A model generated the notes under the pieces. The model was not told where the DNA came from, made no database searches, and saw only the letters and a program-made list of their open reading frames with translations. This document shows, in pieces, positions 1 to 11,300 of a stretch of DNA of 64,000 bases. The DNA lies in assembly GCF_000143415.4 (NCBI RefSeq), contig NW_003314327.1, positions 857,403 through 921,402 on the forward strand, given 5' to 3'. A program made the translations under genes and the position numbers. The stretch comes from Selaginella moellendorffii. Its lineage: Eukaryota > Plantae > Lycopodiophyta. Positions within the stretch are counted from its first letter, which is position 1. Each line of letters starts with the position of its first letter.

Positions 1-361
1 GCCCATTCACCTTTATGACATTGGTGATCCAACATCATTTGCATCCTAGTCCCGTCTTTCAAAGGCTAAGCCATCCATCCATGAGTGATCATCCTAGGTC
101 CACTCTTTAGCATCCTTATGATGCCTATAGATATGGGGATTAACCTTTCCCAATATCCTTTTTTCAATCCCTACCAAATCTCTTTTCGTCCACGGCCATA
201 TTCGCTAACACTACCACTAAATCAGGGCTCAAAGGCCTAACCAATACATCCCATTGACCTCTAGAACTTCCTCACCATATAACTGTATCTTTGGTCATTA
301 TATTAGAGGATTACTTCTTTTTCTTTCCATAGTTTGGGACTTTGAGATGACATTCAAAATA

Positions 362-723
362 TCATGGCCCTACACAAGTGTCGTGGGTGCTCTCCCCACC
401 TTCCGCCCTTAAGTGCCCTAGCCATGTGGCTAGAGTGAGGTTTTAATAAGCCATGTATCCAAGTAAGTAGTGCCACTCACACTTGGATTAGGAATATTAA
501 CCATTTGATCTTTAGGGGAGCTAAAGCTAGCTTTTGAACACTTCACCAAACTACCTAGTTTATCTATCCATATTCACTTTAGCATTGGACTCTTCAATGG
601 ATATATCATCACTTAATACACAGGTATAACCTTCTTTGGTCACATTGGCCTTTCCTAGCCAAATTAGCTCTAATGTGGCACTCTTTTAGCTCCACTTTGG
701 GGCTTAAAGATCTATGTCTCACA
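362..723 (-). mobile_element. LTR-like repeat, copy A (degenerate); probable retroelement internal sequence continues toward position 1
   Basis: Its reverse complement (TGTGAGACA..AAGCCCCAAAGTGGAGCT..GGTGAAGTGTTCAA..CCAAGTGTG.GTGGCACTAC.TACTTGGATAC..GGAAGGTGGGGAGAG.ACCCA) aligns colinearly with 14250-14300 plus 14920-15230. Confidence 0.6.
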
Positions 724-3379
724 TAAATCCCTTTGATTGCAAAAAATTATAGAAAGCCTAGAAATGTGCAAATCATGAATCTAAGAGGTTAAAAACTAAG
801 TAAACCTTTGTGTAGCACACATGAATTTAGAGCCGAATTCTAAACCCATTGCACTATGAAACAAAGGTCCTGTACAATCCCACAACCACCAACTCTTTGT
901 ATTCAGCACTTACAAGCAAAACAGTGTCAGAAGGTGTCTAGCACAATTTTGGCATACCGGTGGCCTAACGCGAAGAGTAGGGTACTTTATCAACTAGTTT
1001 GTTGCTTTTGACAGCTTGTGCTCGCAGTGGAGAAGTGGGCCATTGACTGAAGCTATGTGGCCTTCTTTAGAACCTTGAAAGTATACTATGGAGCTTGGGC
1101 TTAGATCCAAGCCGGACACAAAACAAGGAGTAACATAACCTAACAGAAGCTAAATTAATCTCTCATATGGTCAAATATTATACATTTGGAACCCCCCATA
1201 GCCCCTGCCCCCCCCCCTTTGAGGAACACATGCTTTGAGCTTTCACCCAAAGCATCCCTTAGTACCAGGAGTTAGTCTTTGGGATAAGTATGAAATTTAC
1301 TAAATATGGAATGGTGCTAGAATTTGAAAGCAAGAATAACACCATAGGTTTAAAACACTCTCTACATTCTGTAAATATGCCTCTTAAACGGATCTAGACA
1401 CTTACCATAAATAGCATATGGATCCGGGAAAGAACTAACATATAGAGCATGATAGTGAGGGTGTTTGGCAGATACAATAAGCTATCATGTAGCAATATTG
1501 AAGGACTAGACTCAATATGTGAGGGTTTTTGCCAAGCTAGTGCAACAAAGAGTAAAAGAGAATTAATAAGTTGGGCCAAGTATGCTTGACTAAATAAACA
1601 CTTGGGAATTCTTTCCTTATGTTCATTCGGCCAAGTGTAGATGCTAAATCTAGTTTACTAACACTTGAACAAGAGGGGCCAATAAAGGGAACTAGCAATA
1701 CTAATCTTTTACCGTTATGACAATAAGGAAAGAATATTCATAAAGATTAGCCGACAAATATCTTTTGATACCCAAAGTTATATTTGCAACACTTTGGGAG
1801 AGCACATTATCACTATCCATACTTGAACCATAGTATGAATCACTAAAATTGGATGGAAGGCTCCTTTTCCTTTATGTCTTCTATGGAATAAAAAGTTTCA
1901 ATAACACAAATTTGAAGTAAATTGGGGAGGGAACTATATTCATGAGCAATTTAGTAGAAAATCAAAGCCACTTCCAACAGTACCCACAAAAACATTTGAA
2001 ATCAATCACTAGAAAACCAAGTTACCTTTCACATCTAATGCCAAGAAACATGCTGAATAATAGAGCACTAAGACAAGGCACTAAAGCAAGGAAGTGTCTT
2101 CTAAACCCTATGACCTAATGAATCCCTATAATGATATGTGGCATCTATATATAGCACAATGCTCATATTATAGGGACATTATCAACCCATTGGGCTAGCA
2201 TCCATGGGACATCCATTGCAATGGGATTGACATTTAATGCCAAACCAATAGAAAGTTGCCACATGGACACTGTATTGTGAGTAAAATCTACCACAGTAAC
2301 ATCCACCTTTTTACGAATTGCATCCATAATATTAACATTTCCCTGAACAAACCTTTTAGGTGTTACATGTTGCTGTTAAATATTATGGAATTTATGAATA
2401 TTTATATCTAAGTTGTAAACGATGTCGCTGTCTATTGCACATGGGGCAATCCTGTTGAAGTTCAACATTAGCCACATGGCTCAATGGGTGCATGCCATGT
2501 GGCATCATCAGACGATCCTGTTTTATTTCATAATTTGTTCAATTCACAAAAGCTCAATTTCCATTTTTCTCTCAATATATTATGGCCTTGCACGCTAGTA
2601 TGCCCTAAATCCCTTCATTTCTGGAAGTTTAGATTTCACAGGCTCCAGTTTATTTAAGAAATGGGGGAGTGGCTATGTTAAGATCCACGCATACGGTAAA
2701 TGAGGTCCAGAAGTTTCAACTGTTTAATAACAGGTCAGGGAAACGTCAGCCCGGCTAGTACACAGATCTTCTTTCCCAAAGCAATGCATTCCTGAAGCTA
2801 TATTTTTAAACAGGTGCAGCTGTGACGTATGCCCATATACATGTGATATGTTTGACAAGTATGATTACGAAGTGTTGTTGAGTTTATGGACAGGCACCTC
2901 AGGCTTGGGAAGTTGAAGGCAGAGAGTACAGTGGTGGTGAAGGTGGTCGTGATTCCATTTATCCGGATCGGATCAGGTGAGCATCTCACATTTTGTTTAG
3001 CATGTGGTTTGAAGTGTTGTAGTTGCAAACGTAACGGATTGACGAAATTAAATCACGAATATATATATATATATTAACAGGATGTCGACCAACGATTGGA
3101 GAGGACTATATTGCATGATGAAGACGAGATGATAACGCATTGCTGACATATATGAGCTATCTACCAAATTGCTTTTCTGAAACCAAGAAAGTTTCCCAAA
3201 AACAGGTCAACTTCCAAATTATAAGATATTAACATAGTTTTACAGAAAACAAAATTGAATCTAAAATTTAATTTCTATTTTAATAACATCCATTAACGCA
3301 CAATATACTTTGTTCATGGCGAATGTTACCGTGCTCTGGTCGTTGTCGGGGATTTTGTCGCTACAGCAGACTAGACAGA

Positions 3380-4140
3380 ACACAATTTGATAGCAGCAAT
3401 AAAAACCTTTCCAGTAGGCTGCAAAATGCATACTGAGATCAGCCTTGTAACTCAACACAAATGTGGGTGTTTGAAGCTCACCTGTTGTTACCAGAGCCTG
3501 AAACGCAACCAAGCAACCATCAAGAACAAATCCTTCAGGTGTACATTGCCATTACTTTGAAGTTCCTGTGGAACCGATGAAAACTTAATAGTACCAGTGT
3601 CAAACTTTGTGAGAATGAAAACAACCTGATAAAAAACATTTGTGAGGATGGCGAAATAGTTACTCTCGGCAATGGATAGGTTTTGGCTGTTCAAAGCTTT
3701 GTCCAGTAACTGCCGAGAAGTCGTCAAGTCCGGTCGCAAATGAAGGCTCCTGGCTGCCTTGTCTTAAAACTCCTTGATATTTTGATTCGGTATAAAACTA
3801 CAAAAACGAGGAAGAGGTTTTGATATACATAAGTTGGTTATATAACTTCAAAATCACATACCCGCATGCTGTAATGCAGACCTCCGAGATGCACCATTCT
3901 GACAAAGCCGAGAGAATTCCCCATTTCACATATTAGAGATGGAAAAACTGAATCCGTCGTCGCTAAGCCTGCCCAGTTTTCTGATGTCTTAATTCAGCTT
4001 CTTAGCTCTTGCCACGGGGTAGCCACAATCAGATCTTTTCTTGTTTCTCTGTTTCCTATAGAAGCATCATCAATCCAAAGAAAGAGCTGTTTTCACTTGT
4101 GCAAAAGGAGCAAAGATTTAAACTGCCCAAAGACCCCAAT
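3380..4140 (-). pseudogene. WASH complex subunit 4 (SWIP/WASHC4) C-terminal fragment, decayed duplicate
   Basis: 3600-4060 is a near-identical DNA copy of 5600-6070 (ESNYFAILTNVFYQ; ELQSNGNVHLKDLF); contains deletions and stops. Confidence 0.65.
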
Positions 4141-4421
4141 AATCAAATCTAGCCGCAGTTTCTCAGATCCAGGTTCAAATTTCAAATTTAACTGTGCGAT
4201 TTGTAAAAATTCACAAACCGCTGCATAATTGGGCTCCCGGAGCACCTTAGTACTACTGATATTGCAATTCTTAATATTTGTAAAGAAAGAAATTGATGGA
4301 CAAGAGAGTGCAGGATTTAAGTGATAACAAACACAAATATAATTTCTTATTATGCAACTTATTTGTGACTCTGGTTATCCAACCCTGTCACTTGAAGTGC
4401 TGCATGCAGTTTTAGTAGTAT

Positions 4422-4903
4422 TCAGGTACAGGAGCCAACAACACGACTCGTTCCGCCTTCTATTGGTTCCCCTGCGGCAAAAAACTTGGTTTGAGAAGTA
4501 TTACTCACGGTGACGCTTATCGTCTCAAATGACCAGATGCCTGCATTAGCAAAGCTAATGCGGGCGAGAGTAAGCTTAGCAGCACATATGACATGACATT
4601 CACGCCCTGCGAATGTGAAGGTGTTGACTTGGTTACTCTCAAAATCATCCCCTGGACCATCGAGATCAGAGAAATCCACGACAGATTCATCTGAAGAAAA
4701 CAAGCGGACATCCACCCTTTCATCTGTGCCTCTAGTTCCCGTTCTGATCTTGATGGTATAGGTGCAAGTCTGTAAAAACAGTTTAAAATGAAACTTATGA
4801 CATTTTGAAGAATTCTTACACTCTGAGAAAGAGTGTGTTGGACTCCTCTGAACAAGATCATCACCACAGCCATCACCACACTAAAAGAAACCATCTTTGC
4901 CAT
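4422..4903 (-). CDS. Small secreted PLAT/LH2-domain protein (ATS3/PLAT-like), 2 exons
   Basis: Signal-peptide exon MAKMVSFSVVMAVVMILFRGVQHTLSQS, a phase-0 GT-AG intron at 4770-4819, then TCTYTIKIRTG..TDERVDVRL..DDFESNQVNTFTF..C..IC..L..W (PLAT pattern); open frame to the stop. Confidence 0.75.
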
Positions 4904-5199
4904 TGTAGTTTCAGACACTCATTAATGACTTTTAAATACCAGGCTAAAAAAAGTGTGAAAATCGTATCTTGAAAATTAATCTTTCAAGTTTGGTAATTGG
5001 TGGCACATTTTTCAACTTGAAAACCGTGGCAATGTTGAAAATCTGACACCAATAAACCAAACCACAAATAATTGTTCTAAAAAGACTACGAATTAAGTAC
5101 ATAAATACGAAGAGATTTAAAATGCAAATTGAATAAAGTATTCGATTGTGTAGTTGGTTTTCACCCATGTGATGACAGACATCAGTCTAACACACCCAT

Positions 5200-6552
5200 G
5201 AAGCCATAGAAGCATCATCAATTACCTACACTGCCAAGAAAGAGCTGTTTTCAGTTGTGCAAAATGAGTTGAAGATTTAAACTGTGCCTTTGTCAATATA
5301 CAGTCCACAAAGTTGTTTACTGAAGGAAAACTCTGGCCCCCGTGAAAGTAAACTCCATAAGCTCGATCTCCATTAAGATACTTGTTAGCCTCTTCATGGC
5401 CTGAAAACAAAACGGTTAGTGAATTTCACAGATTTGTTCACAAACCGTTTGCATATTCTGAGCTTCTTCTTTGGAAAGCGAAGCCAGCTTCTGACTCCAA
5501 ACTTGCAAACCGTTCATCCCGCTTCCAATGCTGTCCATATCCAACCCATCCTGAAGACAAGTTCGCTCGGCCAGAAAATGAGCTCTCGCAGATTGAAACC
5601 ATTGTCAAACTTTGTGAGAATGAAAACAACCTGATAAAAAACATTTGTGAGGATGGCGAAATAGCTACTCTCGTCAACGGATAGCTTTTGGCTGTTCAAA
5701 GCTTTGTCTAGTAGCTGCCCGGCCTGAACTGCTAAAGAAGGCAAATGAAGGCTCCTGGCTGCCTCCTCAAAATTCTTTTTGATGTTTTGATCCGGTATAG
5801 AACTACAAAAACGAGGAAGAGGTTTTGATATACATAAGTTGGTTTTATAACTTCAAAATCACATACCCGCATGCTGTAGTGCAGTAATGCAGACCTCCGA
5901 GACGCACCATTCTAACAAAGCCGAGAGAATTCCCCATTTCAGATATTAGAGAGCGAAATTGATCAAGAAAACTGAATCCGTTGTCGGTAAAGCTCAGTTT
6001 TTTTATGTCTTTATTCAGCTTCTCAGCTCTCACCACGGGGTAGCCATAGTCAAGTCTCATCTTGTGTTCCTATTAAAACCATTAGTCAAGAAAAAAAAAC
6101 GTCAAAACTCTGGCAAACCTTGTAAAATTGTTGTTCCTTTACCAAACGAGATTTGATGTGATCATCAAACAGAAACTGATAAAAGACAACAAATTTCTGA
6201 GCCAGATATTGATATGCGAAATTGACTGTGGCATTCATTATTCCCATGCCGTGTGTACGTATCGAGTTTGCAACATGTTTCACGTTGACGGTTCAAGTGC
6301 TTCCGACTCCGAGCATTTGAAGGCTTTTCCACAAAGATCTACACATATGATCAACAGAAACAGTCACAGTGAATGTTGTATAATGCACCTGAGTATTGAG
6401 GTTGTAAGTGTAGCAAGCTACAAAGATGTGAATGTTATGCATAATGTCCAGAATATCCACCCCTTGTTCTAAAGTCTGTCCAGGAAGATGTATGGCATCT
6501 AGATGAAGTTCGTATTTCTGTTCCGCAAGATTTTTCATTTGATTGTAAGTCT
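5200..6552 (-). pseudogene. WASH complex subunit 4 (SWIP/WASHC4) partial gene (mid/C-terminal exons with introns)
   Basis: TYNQMKNLAEQKYELHL..HLPGQTLEQGVDILDIMHNIHIFV; [37 protein letters not shown]; LDQFRSLISEMGNSLGFVRMVRLGG; no N-terminal half. Confidence 0.8.
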
Positions 6553-7116
6553 GGAATCGAAAACAAACGCTACAGTGTAAATTTTCCAAGAAATTGCAAA
6601 TGAAGGGCAAGCTGCGGGGAGCTCCCCAAGCACATTTGCGTCGACATTGGAGAGCAACAATCTCCGCAGGCGCCGGAGAGGCGCTTCATTCGCCATGCGC
6701 GTCAGATTGTTGCTGTAGAATCCCCCGCTAATCTGGAGGCTCTGGAGCGCACCCATGCAGGACACCAAGTCCAGAACAGCGCGCCCTAAGTGAGACATAA
6801 TATGGAGCTCCAGCACCGTGACCGAATCCGCACATGCAAGCCAAATACCCTGCACCTCGTCCTTCTCGTTGCATAACAGACTGACGTTGAGCTCCTTGAG
6901 GTAGCCCGGGGCCTTTTGCTTGGCGCGGCAGAGCACGCAAAAGATGATGTCCTCCTTGTCCCTCAGCTCCTCCTGGCTATCTGCCCAGAAGTAGAAGCGT
7001 AAGCGTGTCACAGCAAAGCAGACTAAAGCGCAGCTTGCAAGGTACTCAGCATTGTCCTCGGCCACTCTGGACAAGATTTCCACCATATCGTCCAGCTCCG
7101 CAATATGTCTCCCCAT
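6535..7116 (-). pseudogene. F-box/LRR-like gene fragment abutting the WASHC4 fragment
   Basis: N-terminal LDDMVEILSRV....LASCALVC resembles an F-box; LRR-like LQSLQISG and LRRLLLSNV; GC-rich segment. Confidence 0.45.
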
Positions 7117-7185
7117 TTCTAACCTAACTATAACCCTTAGAACTTATAATCTATGGGATAATTGTCAGGGTTATTTCTTTAACCA

Positions 7186-8321
7186 TCTATAATAATAAGA
7201 ACGGAGAACCCACACCTCCGCAGCCATCCGATCCCAGGCCCGGGGCAGCCTCGGAAGCCATGGTTCTCGGCGAGGGGAGGCCAGCCCAGGCTCGGGCCAG
7301 GGCCGGTGGCCATGGTTAGCAGGAATATCGGCTCAATGTTGTGGCGGCCAATGGGCAGGATGCACGCGTGGCCGGGAAGGGAAGAGGGCGTGGTGACAGG
7401 TGTTATGCCATGCACTCCTAGGGCTCCATGGCTGCTCTGGTCGGACACGGTTGTGTGGGCATTCCCGTGAGAGCCTGTGCGTGGTAAGTAACAGGGGCAA
7501 GAGTAATGGTAGGATGATCGTCGTGGATGGCTGGCTGGAGTTTGAGGCCGCAGCTCGAATCACTGTGCACATCAAGGAGGGTGGACGCGCTGCTGAAAAG
7601 ACTGATGGCTTCTAGCATGGTAAGAAAAAGTTCTATATAACTGATTCAGTTTCCTTTTGTTAGAGCTATGGCCCTAGTGACTCATGAAACTTTCCTGTAG
7701 AGATTTTGGAAGCCACTTCCAATGCACGTAAGTAGAACTGTGCCTGTCGCAGGGTCAGGCTTGATACTAAACTGCACTCCCAGGAATTCTTTGATGTGTT
7801 GCAGCGTCTTAAGAAGAGAGCTTACCAACCCTGACTTTGGAAACATCTTCCGGGCATAGAGCACAGAGGATGAACAGCAACCCCTGTATGGCAAACAGGA
7901 AAGTTTGTGAGATCGCCTTCTTTCCTTTCCAGCTTCACAGATAGATACCTGGTGAGTTGAATCTACAACTCCTCCCAGCTTTATCTCCTGTAGGAAGGAC
8001 ATGGCTGCTTGCGTCCCCAGGTCCTCTGGAAGCTGGAGCTCGGATGCTCCTGAATGCGTAGCCATGCACTCGGAGCTTAAAATGCAGCCGGTGGTCGTTT
8101 CTGCCACCAATGACATCCCATAGCCTGGAGATCTGTGCCATGACAAAGGAAGCAAGATGAAAAAAGTTTACTTTGCAACACAAAATCATGGAACTTACTT
8201 CCCAGATTCTGAACTAGTGTAGTGATTAGTAAGCGACGAGTGCTTGAGTTCAGGTAAGAAACATATTTCTGGCACATCCACCTCTTTGTAAACCACCTAG
8301 CATTTGCTGGGCAAGTACTCG
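7186..8321 (+). mobile_element. Non-autonomous Helitron unit carrying an RCL1 fragment
   Basis: 5' A|TCTATAATAATAAG at 7186; 3' hairpin CCTAGCA-TT-TGCTGGG (8296-8311) followed by CTCG (variant of CTAG); subterminal sequence shared with the next unit. Confidence 0.75.
7682..8251 (-). pseudogene. RCL1: Captured 3' fragment of RNA 3'-terminal phosphate cyclase-like RCL1, introns retained
   Basis: SPGYGMSLVAETTTGCILS..PEDLG..A...LQEIKLGGVVDSTHQ..L.HIKEFLGVQFSIKPDP..GTVLLTCIGSGFQNL.RKVS; 5' half absent. Confidence 0.85.
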
Positions 8322-11300
8322 TCTATACATATAAAGCGATAGTGGGTAGGTTTGCTGGCCGTTGGATCCCAGGCCCGGGCCAGGGTCGGTAGCCATGGTT
8401 GCGCGAGAAATTTTTCTGATGTTTGCTCCCGGCCAATGGGAGGCGGCCAAGCTGCGTGGGGCGGGAGAAGAAGGCACAGCGACACGTGTGCCAGTGGTGT
8501 CCTGCCCCCATGCCCGTTCTTCTTAGCTCGCCCTGGATGCCCTGCCGCAATTGAGCTAACGCTTGCTTGCTGGATCAGTGGCAATCGCAGCAATTGCGCT
8601 TCTTCCTGCAAAGGTCTGTGTTCACCATCAGCCCGGCAGCCGCTAATTTGGCCCCCAACCCCAACAATCTGGATTTTTGTGTGCTGTGAAAATTTGAAAT
8701 GTCTTCATTTGGGTTTGTGGATGCTATCTAGTGGCAGAGCTGAAGCCAGAGCCAGCCCTCACAGCCAGAACCATCAGAGAGTTTGCAATCGTTGTCCTTT
8801 TGCGAGAGAGAACAAGCCCAAGGTGGGTTCTCTAACTTGCAAACCCCACCCACCTCTCACAGTTGCTCACCACACCCTGGAAAAGGTGTGCCAGTCCTGT
8901 GTCTAGGTTTTATTGGTTGCTAGATTAGTCTCTTTTGTTTACAGATTAAGGTGTGTACAGATTGTGCTCTCATTGTATAGTCTTCGTTTTTATTTTTTTT
9001 TAATTTTTTTTCCAGTGTAAGAAGAAGGCAAGTTCTGGCTTTACTTAGAATCTCTGAAAATTTTAAGATAAGTGCTTTGACACTAGATAGGTTATTTCAT
9101 CTCATTTATCATCCCTAGCAAATATGCCTCGGCTTCGCGAAGTATTAAGAGGCATACGTCACCATTTGCCTCCAACTATTGACATTAGCACATATAATCA
9201 TATTCACAACAACCTTGCATATGGTAATGAAGAAACTAATCTAGACCTTGAACATGCTAATGCAAAAATTACTTCAAATCTTGACAATGCTAATACAAAC
9301 ATAGCATGCCGATGAAGGTCATACAAATATAAACCTTGAAAATGCTAATGAAACTAATACAAATACATGTAATCATCACAGTTATACTATCTATAAATTA
9401 GCACATCAAAAGAATTATAATGACCATACAATACAACTGTTTAATATTGGAAATATGTGTCTTTTGTGGTGCATTACATTTTGAAAATGAGTCAAAATCA
9501 ATGTGCTGCCAGAATGGAAAGGTTTCCCTTCCCCAGCTTTCATCTTTACCTACTATATTGCGTATGCTTTTTAATGAAAATAGAAACTCCAATTTTAAAA
9601 TTAACATAAGAAATTTCAACAGTGCTTTGGCTTTTGCATCAATGGGTGCTAATATTGATAATTTAAGTGGTAAAGGCCCATATTGCTTTAGAATACATGG
9701 TCAAATTTATCACAAAATTGTTTCAACATATCCTGCTGCTAACGTGCCACCATCATATGGACAACTTTACATGCTTGACGCTTCTGAGGCTACAAATATT
9801 AGAAAGCAAAACCCATTCAACACAAACTGTGATTCTAATTTATTATTACAATTAGATAACTTGCTAAGAATAATAAACCCGTATGCACAAGCTTTTCAAA
9901 TGATGTATAATCTTGAATCACAAGAACAACATTGCTCAATTTGCAATAGAACCCCAAAACGTGGTGTTTACATGATTGTTAGAAGTGAAAGTACTAATCT
10001 ACATCGTTATAATTTGCCACAGACTAATGATGTTGCTATTGTTTTCGCTATTGATGAGGGTGAGCCATCTTTTGACAGAGAAATATGCATACATCCATAT
10101 AACTCACAGCCAATAAAAATCTCTATTCTTAATGAAAATTGTGATCCTATGGTTTATCCTTTACTTTTACCATTTGGTGATAAAGGTTGGCATGAAAAAA
10201 TCTATCACAATGAGTCGCATGTAACGTTACTCCAGTACTATGCATATCGATTATCTCAACGAGATAGCATTGGCAACTCTTTCCTTTATGATCAATTGCT
10301 ACATGCTGGGAAACTCACTCAACAATTTATAATTGATGCTTATGTAAAGGTTGAATCTAACAACCTTAATTTCTTTCGCACTCATCAAAAACACTTAAAA
10401 GTGGATTACTATACAGGTTTTATGGACTATGTTAGCAACAGAGCTGCTACTAATAATGTTGAACCTGGAAAAATTGTAATTTTGCCTTCTACATTTCCTG
10501 GTAGCCCACGAGCAATGCAACAACATTATCAAAATGCTATTGCTATTATCACACATTTTGGAAAACCTGACTTATTTATTACATTTACATGCAACCCAAA
10601 GTGGCCTGAAATTGTGCAAAACTTATAGCTGAATGAATCACCTGAGGATCAACTTGATCTTATTTCAAGAGTTTTCAACTTAAAACTTAAAGAATTCCTA
10701 CATGACATAAGTATCAAAGGAATTTTTGGGAAGTGCATCGCATATGTTTATGTTATTGAATTCCAGAAAAGAGGTTTGCCTCATTGTCATTTCTTAGCAA
10801 TGTTATCAAGCGAAGATAAGATAAGAAATCGAGACTCAGTTGATGAATTTGTCACTACACAGTTGCCACACCCACTGTTAGAACCAGAATTGCATAACAT
10901 AATTATAAATCATATGATACATGGTCCATGTGGTAATTTAAATCCTAGAAGCCCTTGCATGGAAAATAACAAATGCTCTAAGAATTATCCAAAAGAATTT
11001 AATGTTGAAACCATTTATTGTGTTGATGGTTATCCTGATTACTACCGTCCCAATAACAGGCGCACTTTCATAAAAAATGGTTGTACTATTGACAACAGAT
11101 GGGTTGTTCCTTATAATAAATACCTTTGTAAGAAATATCAAGCACACATCAATGTAGAGATTTGCGCTTCTATTAAAAGTATTAAATATTTATTTCAATA
11201 TGTATACAAAGGTTATGACTGTGCAACATTAGAATTCCTAACTGCATCTGAAGAACGAGGGACTTTAAATTGGGACGAAATCTCAAGTTTTGTCGATGCT

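Noticed and set aside
730-2600. Possible retroelement internal region and a C-rich tract at ~1192-1218
   Set aside because: Too degenerate; no gag/RT/integrase motif could be read
8352-8906. 184 aa ORF in the Helitron 5' region
   Set aside because: GC-rich subterminal DNA with no domain similarity
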